Shown one piece after another: positions 26,438 to 37,399 of a DNA stretch of 64,000 nt (the stretch's first letter is position 1; each line of letters starts with the position of its first letter). The position numbers and the translations under genes were made by a program. The notes below the pieces were generated by a model. It worked only from the letters and a program-made list of their open reading frames with translations. It was not told the DNA's origin and did no database searches. Source of the DNA: Geosiphon pyriformis uo1 (taxonomy: Eukaryota; Fungi; Glomeromycota); assembly GCA_016748015.1 (NCBI GenBank), contig JAAOMT010000523.1, positions 1,258,437-1,322,436 of the forward strand, written 5' to 3'.

Positions 26438-28738
26438 AGATGTCAGTTCCTCAAGTTTAAACAAAAAAATAGCTGTGAGTAACTTGTTGTTGGTAATGGT
26501 GGCTGAAAGTATATTGCTGATAAGTGTTTATTTGTGGTTGGATTCTGTTTTGTTGGATGCAGCGTCTTCTGGAGTTATCAGGAGACTTAAATAGTTTTAA
26601 GAACTTGGGTTTTAAGTATATCTGGTTCCTGAACTCTGCTGGCATGATCCTGATGGCTGGTTTGAGAAGCTGAGAATTAGTTGGTAGATAACCATTACTG
26701 ATCTCCAGTTTTGAGTAACTCTGAATCTGGGATTTTCTGATGTCACTTAAGTTGAATTTGGAGTTGAGATTGCTGGTGTCTGATAGATTACTTGTAACTA
26801 TGGTGGTTGATAGACTATGGATATTGCTGGTTGATAAATTGATGCTGAAGTCTGATATACTAGAGGTGAGTATAATTGCTGTGTCATTGGGGTTTGATAA
26901 ATTGGTTACATTACTAAAGAGTAATATAATTGAGATTGGTATTGTTCTGGTGATTGATTACTGACGTAATTCTGAGTTTGTAGTTAGCAATTGGAGTTTC
27001 AATACTGATTAGTTGATCTCTGGTCGCTTATCTTTTTTCAACATTCAAATTGCAAATGTTCTTGTTTACCACAATAGTGACATGCATGCATTTCCTGATA
27101 CCACTGTTAATTGGTCAAGGATGATGCTGGATGTGACTGATTTTGGAAGTAATTTTTATTTTCCTGATTGTTGTATCATTGTGGAGATTAATAAATGGCT
27201 TGATTGGTGTTAGCTAAGTATCTCTCTAATTTCTGATTGATTGATTCACTAAATTGCTTTAATTTGGAATCCAATTTAGATGATCCATTCATTACTAGAT
27301 TTATGGCTTAGGCATGATTAGTTTCGAGTTTAACTGCTTCAAAATCTCTAGCATTTGTAATGACAACTTGAAGATCTGCTGGATGCATTGAACATACATG
27401 TTGGAGGATGCTACTGCACAGGCCTCTAATGAATTGATTTAGAATTTGTGGTGCTGTAAAATAATCAGCCTGTATGGTCTGAATTTGGTGCAGATTTCTG
27501 TAGAAATGTCCTAAGTAAGTAGTAACTGCTTCATTTTCTCCTTGCTTAATGGTGGTAAAAGTGTTGGCCAATTGGTTGATGCTATTATTATTACTGAAAT
27601 ATTGTAGGAATGCAAGCTTGAATGTATTAAAATCTTGGAGTTTGTTAACCAAGCTTTGATACCATGAATTGGCAGTATCTTGGAGAAAATAGGGGATGGC
27701 TTGTATGGCTCTAGCATTATTCCATCCATTGGCTGTGATGGCTTTTTCCATGTTGTTCAGCCATACTTGGGTGTCATCTTCTTTACTGGTGAACTTTTCA
27801 AGTTTTGCTATTAGAGTGTAAGCTATTTGATTTAAGTTTAATTGTTGTGATGGTTAAAATGGTAATTGAATTTGAGGTTGCAGTGGTGGCTGTTGTTGTG
27901 AAGCAATTGGTAGTGGGTTAATAACAATTACTGAAGATAAGTGTTGTTGATTATTAATGTTGGGGTTTTGATCGTTTTGATTTTGCTGTATTTGAAAATT
28001 TGGAGTTTCAATTTTCAGGTTTTCTGGAATCGGGTTCTGGTAAGTAAATTCCTAATCTTCGGCTTCTTTTTCTTTTTCTTTTTCTGATTCCATTATTTCC
28101 CATGGGTCAACTATTCCAAAATTTGGTGGAGGTGGTGGTAATTGGTATTTTGATGGGGTGGTTGATTGCAATTTAAATTCTTCAAAATAATTGCCATAGG
28201 TTCCTAATAACTCTGCTTTCTTTTGTTTACTTTGAAATAGAAGTCATCCAAATGTTAATGTCATATTTGATGTGAACGTGCCTGTTGATGAGATGTTAAT
28301 GGCACTTCCAGATGTATAATGGTATGATGGATTTGTTGGTGGTTCTATTCTTGTTTTCTTTCAAGTTGGTAGTTGTATTCCTTTAGGTGTTATTGCTGGT
28401 GTTTGTAATCTTCCTTTGCCTTTGTCTGCATAAGTAATAGAAAATTGTTGTTAAGTGTATCTTTTAATGGTTTGGTTGATTTCCTTAATGATTGATGTGA
28501 AACTGTGGTTTCTTGGTAAGCTGGTGTGTTGAAATAATTCTGTATAAAAGTTTTCTCTTACTAATTTGATGTTAATTATTCCTCTTAAGCAGTCTGTGAT
28601 TTTATCATTAACGTAGAAGTTGAAGGCTGATTCCACTGAGAAATGATTATTATTTAATCCTAATTGTTGACTGTACTGTTGAAATAAGAATTTGGTGAAT
28701 TCTAAATAATTTGCTCTTATGTTTTCTGGTTCTGCCAC
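26438..28738 (-). pseudogene. gag: gag of C
   Basis: MEKAITANGWNNARAIQAIPYFLQD...QFIRGL capsid-like block; CCHC remnant at ~27050-27090. Confidence 0.87.
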
Positions 28739-28800
28739 TTTTGGATGGTTGTTGTTAGTGCTGGTTTTCTGTAAGATTATACTTTATAGAGAGCACCAAA

Positions 28801-29646
28801 TGTTACAAGTAATTATTTGGAATCTCAAAGCAAATAACAAACTTGTAACTTGGTGCTCAGTTGATGTAGTAACATTGGTTCTTAAAAATCTGTTGATCTG
28901 AAGGGTTTGTTGTTGTAGAGTTCTTTGTATAATGGACAAAGATTTGATTGTTATTTTTCCAGTAGCCTCCCAGAATTGCAATTCTGTCAAATTTTTTTCT
29001 TAGCATGGTGGCTGGTAATCTGGCAGAGATGTCTTTCTGGTAAGCTTATCCTTAAATTTTCAATTCCTATACTCTTCCTTTGGGGTCTTTTACTAGGCTA
29101 TCCTTGATGTTAATAACTCAGTACTTAATCTTCAATTGATTAATAAACAAAGAAATAACAAAACTAAAAGAAATAAAAGAAGACAATGAATGTTAGTATC
29201 CCATTAATAGCCGTGATCAAGAGCTATTGTTCCAGTATGGTTAAGTATCAATTGTTATTAACATAAAATGTTAATAGTAGAAAGTGGATTCGAGATATTG
29301 AATAATTATTTATTGATATTTGTGATGTGGAAGATCACTTAGATTAAATCTAAACTGAGAGGTCTCTCTTTTCTACTTCTAATGCTACCACTATATATAC
29401 ATAATTGAGATTTTTTAATTCCTCAATTTTTCACACCAGGAATTCTGAAATTTCTGGCATCCTGTAATTTCTTTTGAGAAGAATTCTGGAATTCTAGAAT
29501 TCTGCAATTCCTTTGTATAAGAATCCTGAAATTCCTGGAATTCTGCAATTTCTCTTGAGAGGAATCTTGGAATTCCACATTTACTATGACTACTTCTGAT
29601 TGGCTAATTTATATGCTAATATATTCCCTATATTCTATAAGTAACA
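28801..29646 (-). repeat. 5' LTR of C (F3a)
   Basis: TGTTAC...GTAACA; GAATTC-rich repeats at ~29408-29576; adjacent PBS. Confidence 0.88.
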
Positions 29647-30365
29647 ATGTCAATTACTACTACCACTACTAGATTTCAGAGCTGCTAGTCTTTGGGAATT
29701 AACCAACTCTGAAGAAAAAAAAAATAGCAATTGAAAAATTAATACTCAAAACCTGAAAACTCAGAAATACAAATTTTGACAGTTTAGGCTCAGCAAAACC
29801 CAAACAATCCAAATCCAGCTCTTATTATTTCTCCAAACTTATCTCCAGTAATCATGATCAATCCTTTACCAGTTGCATCAATAGTTGCTCACCAACAACA
29901 ACTACAACCTCAGCAGTTACCACAACAATAACCAATGGCCTATGTACCAATTACCAAAATCAAAAAATTTACCAGCAAAAAGAACAATGTCCAAGCATGA
30001 TTAAACAATATTGTCAAAGCAATTGTAGCCAATAATTGAAACAATATCAGAGCCTTTTAGGCAATCTCATATTTTTTTCAAGATACAGTCAATTTATAAT
30101 ACCAAAATCTTGTAAACAAACTACAAGATTTTAAGACATTTAAAATCATGTTCCTACAATATTTTAACAATCATAACAGTATTAATTATCTAGCCACTAT
30201 CTTTACTACAATCAAACAAGGAGATACTAAAGCAGTTACTACTTATTTGAGATGTTTCCACAGAAATTTGCATCAGATCCAAGCAATTGAAGTTAACTAT
30301 TTCATAGTGTCACAGATATTAAATCAATTTATTCAAGGCCTATGCAAAAGTTTATTGCAATATGT

Positions 30366-31312
30366 TGTTACTAGAGGTTTTTGGTCTTTTTTTTTAAATG
30401 TTGTTAATGTCTGTTTGTTGTAAATTCACATTTTCTAGAAGTAATTAAACCTCTAATAACTGAATTTATTTTCAAATTATTTCTATAATTTGAATTGCTG
30501 GACTTATAAGTAAAATGGCCAATTCTATGCCAGTTATTTTATGTAGTTACATTGTAGTAAATGTCAACTTTTTTCCAAGAATTGCTTGTTTAAAAACTTA
30601 CTAAAATGTGTAGTTACTTTGCTGTAAAAGTCAACTCTTCTACAGGAATCTCATCTGTAGGCTACTCTAATGATTATAATAGGAAAAGAAAAAAAATATA
30701 AAAGAAGTAGAGTTTTGTCAAGTGAAATGTTTTTTATTTAAGCCTAGAATCACTAACAGATTACTGAAATTGGTAGCTAATTAATTTCAAAATGTTAATT
30801 GTGTTAAGAGAATTTCAAGTGTAATAATTTGGTTTTCAAATATTTAATTTTTATTTGAGATGTATAAAAAATGATTTGTTCTAATTAAGATATTTAAAGT
30901 AAAATATTATGTTAAGATGTGAAAAGATATATTTTCTTAAAGAGAAAAGCTCTTCTTATATACAACTTGTTGTAGTACTAGTTTTTGAACTTGCACTTTT
31001 CTCCTTTTTATAATTTTGGTGAACTAAAAGTACATTTCAGTAAACTACAAGTTATTTCTCTAAACTATTGATTATTTCGGCAAATTTTCATTACTTTTGG
31101 TGAATTTTGACTATGTTAAGTAATTCAAAGTATTGTGTAATTTGATCATCTTAATTTCTATAGTACAAATTGGATTATTAATTAAATAATAATATTTGAT
31201 AATTAATTAAATAATAAGTGATGATTGAAATAATAATAATATATACTAATTAATAATAGAAATTATAAGAGTAATTTTATGCTAATTAATAGCTAAAATT
31301 CTACTGGTAACA
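30366..31312 (-). repeat. 3' LTR of D (F1)
   Basis: TGTTACTAGAGG...CTGGTAACA; PPT adjacent. Confidence 0.9.
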
Positions 31313-31997
31313 TAATTTCCTCCTCAAAACTGAGCTCTGTTAAAGTTCAAACATTATCTGTAATATTGAGATAGTGGTTTAAAATAATTAAAGTAATCTA
31401 ATCTGAAAATTGTTGAAATTTCAGTTCTATGAGCTTTCCAATATACTGAATTTTTATTAAATAAAGTATTGAATTTTATAGGACATTTTTGCAAGTATTA
31501 AACAAATCATAGAGTTTAAAAGCTGCTCTAAATTTGTAACAAGTATTTGTTAGTCTAACTGTTGTTTTGAACTTATTGTGAATTTGTTTTTGTATAGCTT
31601 TAGAAGTAAGATTTGTTGTTTTAAGTTCCAGTTTTCGTTCATAAAGTGTTTTTTCAATATAAAAATATCTATAAATAAGGGTATGTTTATTGTTTTGTTT
31701 ATTGATAAATAGTAGAAGTTTTTGTTAAATTGTGGCATTTGGTAAAATATCAATAAGAGCAAATAAGAAATTTTTTAAAGCTTGTTTTAAAAGTTCTGGT
31801 AATTAATTTCTAGTATAACTTCTTGTGTTTTTTCTATAAGGGTGATAATTCTGAGAATTGTTTACTATTGGAGCTGTGGTTTCTTTCTGAATGTAATTAA
31901 TTTGATTTCCATTAATTGTTATGAATAAGTCAGGAAGTATTTTTAAAGCTAGCATTAATTTTTGAAATATTTGTTAGATATTTCGGAAAATAATCAT
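31293..31997 (-). pseudogene. ORF3 of D (decayed)
   Basis: Colinear with 3037-3744. Confidence 0.85.
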
Positions 31998-33080
31998 GAT
32001 AAAAGTAACTAACTAATAAAAAAAATAAAAAAAATTATTTTTGGGTATGGAGTTTTTACTTGTTTTTGGGTTTGGGTGTTTTTTGTAATTATTTACTATT
32101 TTTGTTTTTTGTTTTTGTGTATTATTAAAAAGATTATTGTAAAAATGTTAAATTAAGTATTCAAGTTTGGTTATTGTTCTATTATAACTATTGGTTCTAA
32201 ATTTTGTGAAATATCTTCAGGATTAATTAAAGGAGAATGTATACCAATTTGTGGAATTAATAGTTCAGAATTGTTTCTGAAATGATAGTGTTTTAATCAA
32301 TCTCCATGTGCAACTTTTGCTAGTACTTTGTTATCAAGTCTTAACTTGTATGATCTATTGCCTAAAATTTCGTTAATATAAAATGGTTTATTCTATTTAT
32401 GTTCAAATTTTTTATTCCATTGTTTTTCAGTCTTAGTTCTGTACAAAATAACTTTATTTTTAACTTTAAATTTGTTAATAACTGGTGGCAATTTGTTGTC
32501 ATGTCTTTCTTTTTGTTGAGCTTGAGAGTGTTCAATATGGATGGCTGCTATTTGTTTTTTTTTTTCAAGATACTAAAAAGAGTGTAAACTCTCTTTTAAA
32601 GTGTCTCTTAAAAGTTTTCTTTATTGATTGGTTGTACTGGATATGTTTCTATTGTGAAATTAATTGGTAATGTTGCTGTCTTTCCATAAATCAAATCAAA
32701 TGATGTGTGTTTCATAGTATCTTGTTTTAATGTTTTTTATGTTAATAATACTGATAAAATAAAGATATCTTATTCTTGCTCAAAATCAGTTGAAACTTTA
32801 ACTAAAGATTCATACAATTTTCTATTGAAACATTCTATAAGTTTATTTGTTTGAAAATAATAAGCTGATAATAGAAATCTTTTGACATTAAATCATTTAC
32901 AAATTTTTTGTATCAAGTTGTTCACAAAATATGTTTCTTAATCAGATAAAAGTTCAATTGGACATTCATGTTTACAAATAATGTTTTCATGGATAAAATT
33001 TGCTACTAATTTTGCATCTGTTTTTTGGATGGCTCTAGCTTCAGACCATTTGGTAAGATAATCTATTATAACTGTAATAT

Positions 33081-33819
33081 TGTTATAGTTGAAACTTATA
33101 CTTTTTATTCATTATTATATGTATTAGCTACTAATGTTATATAAATTAGCCACTCTATTTTTAGAAAGTAATCATTAACCTGATCAATAACCTGATCATT
33201 GACCTGATCATTGACTTAATCAATGACCTAATTATTGAACTGATCATTAACTTGATTATTGACTTAGTTATTAACTTGATTATTGACCACTTTTGATAAC
33301 TATATAAGCAATAAATCTCTTAACTGTAGAAAAACATGTAGAAATCAAGGAAATAAAATAAATAAAATAACAACTTTTATCTTAATCTTTCTCTTATTAC
33401 TAATTTCTTTTTTCCTATCTTTAAGTATCCAAACATCTTGGAATAAAAGATCATTTATTGGTTATTCTTTACCTTTTTCCTGAAATATGTAATTGCAGCA
33501 TTTAAAGATTATTGAATAAAATGTGACTGAAGAGTACATCTAATACTTAATATTGAATTCTAAGAGTGTTGACATAAGGCATAGAATTATACTAGATGTG
33601 ATCATTTGTTAACAGTATAAACTATTTCTCTATCTTCAGATTTTCTGGTTATCTTTTGAAAAGTATAGCGACTAAGATATTTTATAAGACTGATCTTGCA
33701 CATTGAATCCATACTTATTCAATTTGCTCTTTGAAGTTGAATTCTCTTTGATTTCTTTCATCACCCTACAATTCTGTTCTCCTTTGCTATTCATTAGCTT
33801 GTTACTCCAATCTGTAATA
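33081..33819 (+). repeat. Solo LTR, new family F4 (739 bp), TSD ATAT
   Basis: TGTTA...TAA(C>T)A ends; ATAT on both sides; removal restores integrase; ~10 copies of 12-bp TGATCATTGACC at ~33170-33290 followed by TATATAAG. Confidence 0.85.
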
Positions 33820-34208
33820 ATATAATGATTTTTTTTGGTTGTGATAAGTAATGGTCTGACTAAATTAATTCCAACTCTGTCAAAAAGTTGTCCAACTTTG
33901 ATTAGATTTAAAAGTTCTGTGAAATGAATTCCTTCTCTTTTTTGACAACTATTACAAGATTCTACATATTGTTGAATGTTTTTTTGCATATGTGACCAAA
34001 AATAATCAAGAATTCTTTGGATTGTTTTATCTCTTCTCAAGTGTGCTGAAAATGGATCTGTGTACATGTTGTATATAATTGTTTCTTTTTTATTCTCTTG
34101 TACTAATCTGAATAGTTGGTTTGGATTTCTACAATTTTTATAATAGATTTTGTTGTGGTGTATGAAATATTGTTTTGATTAATGTTATAATCGATGTTTT
34201 TTACTTGG

Positions 34209-35119
34209 TGTTACCAGAGGTTTTTGGTCTCTTTTCTTAAATATTGGTAATGTTAATTTGCTGTGAATTCACGTTTTCAGGAAGTAGTTGAACCTCCAAT
34301 AATTGAATTTATCTTCAAATTATCTCCTATAATTTGAACTGCTGGGCTTATAAGTGGAATGGCCAATTCCTTGCCAGTTACTTTATGTAGTTACATTGTA
34401 GTAAACGTCAACTCTTTCCCAGGAATTGCTCATCTGGAAGCTCACTAAAAATGTGTAGTTACTTTGCTGTAAAAGTCAACTCTTCTACAGAAATCTTGTC
34501 TGTAGGCTACCCTAATGATTGTAATAAGAAAAAAAAAGGAAAATAAAAGAAATATAAAAGAAATAGAATTTTGTCAAGAGAAACGTTTTCTATCCAGGCC
34601 TGGAGTCACTAACAGTTTACTGAAATTGGTAGCTAATCAATTTCGAAATGTTAGTTGGATTTTGGGGATTTTCCAAGTACAATAATTAAAGAATTTGGTT
34701 TTTTCGAATTATTTGATATTTATTTCTTTTTGTGTGTATAGGAACGGTTTTAAGAGATAAATCTAAAGTAAGATACATTTTCCAGAAGAAAAAAGCTCTT
34801 CTTTTATACAACTTGTTGTAGTACTAGTTTATGAACTTGCACTTTTTTCTCTTTGCCCAAATTCCGGCAAACTAAAGATACATTTTGATGAACTACAAGT
34901 TATTTCGCTGAACNNNNNNNNNNNNNNNNNNNNGGGTATTGTGTAATTTGATCATCCTACTTTCTGTTATACTAATTAGATTATTTTAATTGAATCGTGA
35001 TATGTGATAATTGATTAAATAATAAATAATAATTTGAAATGATATTAATATACTAATGAATTATAGGAATTATAAGGGTAATTTCATGCTAATTAATAGC
35101 TAAAATTCTACTGGTAACA
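34209..35119 (-). repeat. 3' LTR of E
   Basis: TGTTACCAG...CTGGTAACA perfect 9-bp inverted repeat. Confidence 0.95.
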
Positions 35120-35807
35120 TAATCTCCTCCTCAAGACTGAGCTCCGTCGAAATCCAAGCACTATCTGTAATATTGAGATAGTGATCTAAAATGATTGAAG
35201 TAATCTGGTCTGAAAATTGTTGAAATTTCAGTTCTGTGAGTTTGCCAATGTATTGGACTTTCATTGATTGCAGTATTGGATTTTGTAGAACATTTTCACA
35301 AGTATTAAACAAATCATAGAGTCTAAAAGCTGCTCTAAGTTTGTAGCAAGTGTTTGTTGGTCCAGCTGCTGTTTTGAATTCATTGTAGATTTGTTTTTGT
35401 ATAACTTCAGGAGTAAGATTTGTTGCTTCAAGTTCCAGTTTTCGTTCATAAAGTGTTTTTCCAATTTGAAAGTATTTATAGATAGGGGTGTGTTCATTGT
35501 TCTGTTTATTAAGAAGTAGTAGTAGTTTTTGTTGCATTGTAGCATTTGGTGGAATGTTAATAGGGGCAATTAGCAGATTTTCTTCTAGTGTCTGCTTCAA
35601 AAGTCTTGGTAATCTATTCTCAGAGTGACTTCTTGTTTCTCTTCTATAGAGGTGATAGTTCTGTAAATGATTTGCTACTGGGGCTGTGGTTTTTTTCTGA
35701 ATGTATTTAATTTGACTTCCATTAATCGTTATAGATAAGTCAGGGAGTGTTTTTAAGACTAACATTAATTTTTGGGATATTTGTTAAATATTTCGGGGAA
35801 TAATCAT
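35100..35807 (-). pseudogene. ORF3 of E (235 codons, one early CAA>TAA stop)
   Basis: Near-identical to 3037-3744. Confidence 0.85.
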
Positions 35808-35956
35808 AATAAAATTGACTAATTATGAAAAGAGAGAATAAAGAAAATTATTTTTTTTTGGATATGGGGTTTTTTTTATTTGTTTTTGGGTTTGGGTGTT
35901 TTGTAATTATTTGCTATTTTTGTCTTTGTGTTTTTAGTAGAGAATTATTGTAAAAT

Positions 35957-37342
35957 TTAAGTGTTCAAGTTTGGTTGTTGTTCTATTATAATTATTGGTT
36001 TTAAATTTTGGGGAATATCTTCAGAATTAATTAAAGGAGAATGTGTACCAATTTGTGGAATTAATGGTTCAGGATTGTTTCTGGAATGATAGTGTTTCAG
36101 TCTGTCTCCATGTGCAACTTTTGCTAATATTTTGTCATCAAGTCTTAACTTATATGATCTATTACCTAGAATTTCGTGAATATAAAATGGTCCATCCCAT
36201 TTGTTTTCAAATTTCCCACTCCATTGTTTTTCAGCCTTAGTTCTGTGTAAGAGAACATTATTTCTAACTTTAAATTCGTTGGTAATAGATGGTAATTTGT
36301 TGTCATGTCTTTCTTTTTGTTGAGCTTGGAAATGTTCAATATGAGCTGCTGCTATTCTTCTTTTTCCTTCCAGTGTACTAAGAAGAGTGTAGGCTCTTCT
36401 TTGGAGTGTCTCTTGAAAGTTTTCTTCATTGATTGGTTGCATTGGGTATGTTTCTACTGTGAAATTAATTGGTAATGTTGCTGTCCTTCCATAAGTAAGA
36501 TCAAATGATGTGTGTTTCGTAGTATCTTGTTTTAGTGTTCTGTATGCTAGTAACACTGATGGAATAAAGATATCCCATTCCTGTTCAAAGTCTGTTGAGA
36601 CTTTGGCTAAAGATTCACACAATGTTCTGTTGAAATGTTCTACAAGTCCATTTGTTTGAGAGTGATAAGGTAATGATAGAGGTCTTTTAACATTGAACCG
36701 TTCACAAATTTTTTGTATCAAGTTGTTCACAAAATGTGTTTCTTGATCAGATAAGAGTTCAAATAGGCATCCATGTCTACAGATAATATCTTCATAGATG
36801 AATTTTGCTACTGATTTTGCATCTGCTCTTTGGATGACTCTAGCTTCAAGCCATTTGGTAAGATAATCCACTGCAACTACAATATAATGATTTTCTTGGG
36901 TTGTGATAGGTAATGGTCTGACTAAATCAATTCCAACTCTGTCAAAAGGTTGTCCAACTTTGATTGGATTTAAAGGTTCTGTGAGGTGAGTTCCTCTTCT
37001 TCTTTGGCAGTTATCACAAGATTCTACATATTGTCGAATGTCTTTTTGCATGTGAGGCCAAAAATAATGTTCAAGGGTTCTTTGAATTGTTTCCTCTTTT
37101 TCCAAGTGTGCTGAAGACGGATCTGTGTACATGTTGTATAATATTGTTTTTTTTTCATTCTCTTGTACTAATCTGAGTGGCTGGTTTGGTTTTCTGTGAT
37201 TTTTATAATAAATTTTATTCTGGTGTATGAAATATTGTTTTAATTGGTGTTGTAAGTGGTGTTTTTTACTTGGAGACCAGTTTTCTGGCATGGTAAGGGT
37301 CTCCAAATAATTTTTAAGATTGCTGTAGTTTCTGGAGTCCAT
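35957..37342 (-). CDS. int: ORF2: stand-alone Gypsy integrase, 461 aa, open
   Basis: Own ATG; AH...CDNC; VGIDL; SDQETHF; GLVEHFNRTL; WDGPFYI; no chromodomain. Confidence 0.95.
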   Translation of the reverse strand: MDSRNYSNLKNYLETLTMPENWSPSKKHHLQHQLKQYFIHQNKIYYKNHRKPNQPLRLVQENEKKTILYNMYTDPSSAHLEKEETIQRTLEHYFWPHMQKDIRQYVESCDNCQRRRGTHLTEPLNPIKVGQPFDRVGIDLVRPLPITTQENHYIVVAVDYLTKWLEARVIQRADAKSVAKFIYEDIICRHGCLFELLSDQETHFVNNLIQKICERFNVKRPLSLPYHSQTNGLVEHFNRTLCESLAKVSTDFEQEWDIFIPSVLLAYRTLKQDTTKHTSFDLTYGRTATLPINFTVETYPMQPINEENFQETLQRRAYTLLSTLEGKRRIAAAHIEHFQAQQKERHDNKLPSITNEFKVRNNVLLHRTKAEKQWSGKFENKWDGPFYIHEILGNRSYKLRLDDKILAKVAHGDRLKHYHSRNNPEPLIPQIGTHSPLINSEDIPQNLKPIIIIEQQPNLNT

Positions 37343-37399
37343 TCTTGTTTGGTTATTTTGTTGGTAAGTTGGTAAGTTGTGGTGAAATTGTTGTTGGTA

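Larger units (their letters stand above)
12368..29646 (-). mobile_element. Ty3/Gypsy family F3a, copy C (12368-16422 plus 26438-29646), split by B and inserted into fragment F
   Basis: Removing B and one GTGT restores the frame (...EELTSTPLFSG...). LTR 28801-29646, PBS ~28782-28798. Confidence 0.88.

Noticed and set aside
33672-34067. 131-aa ORF with a novel C-terminus
   Set aside because: Chimeric read-through from the integrase of D into the inserted solo LTR.
34914-34933. N runs (also 43786-43836)
   Set aside because: Assembly gaps over the F1 U3 tandem array, not biological features.
35957-36100. Chromodomain at the integrase C-terminus
   Set aside because: Only a short Pro/Ile-rich tail follows the GPF/Y module; no aromatic-cage motif.
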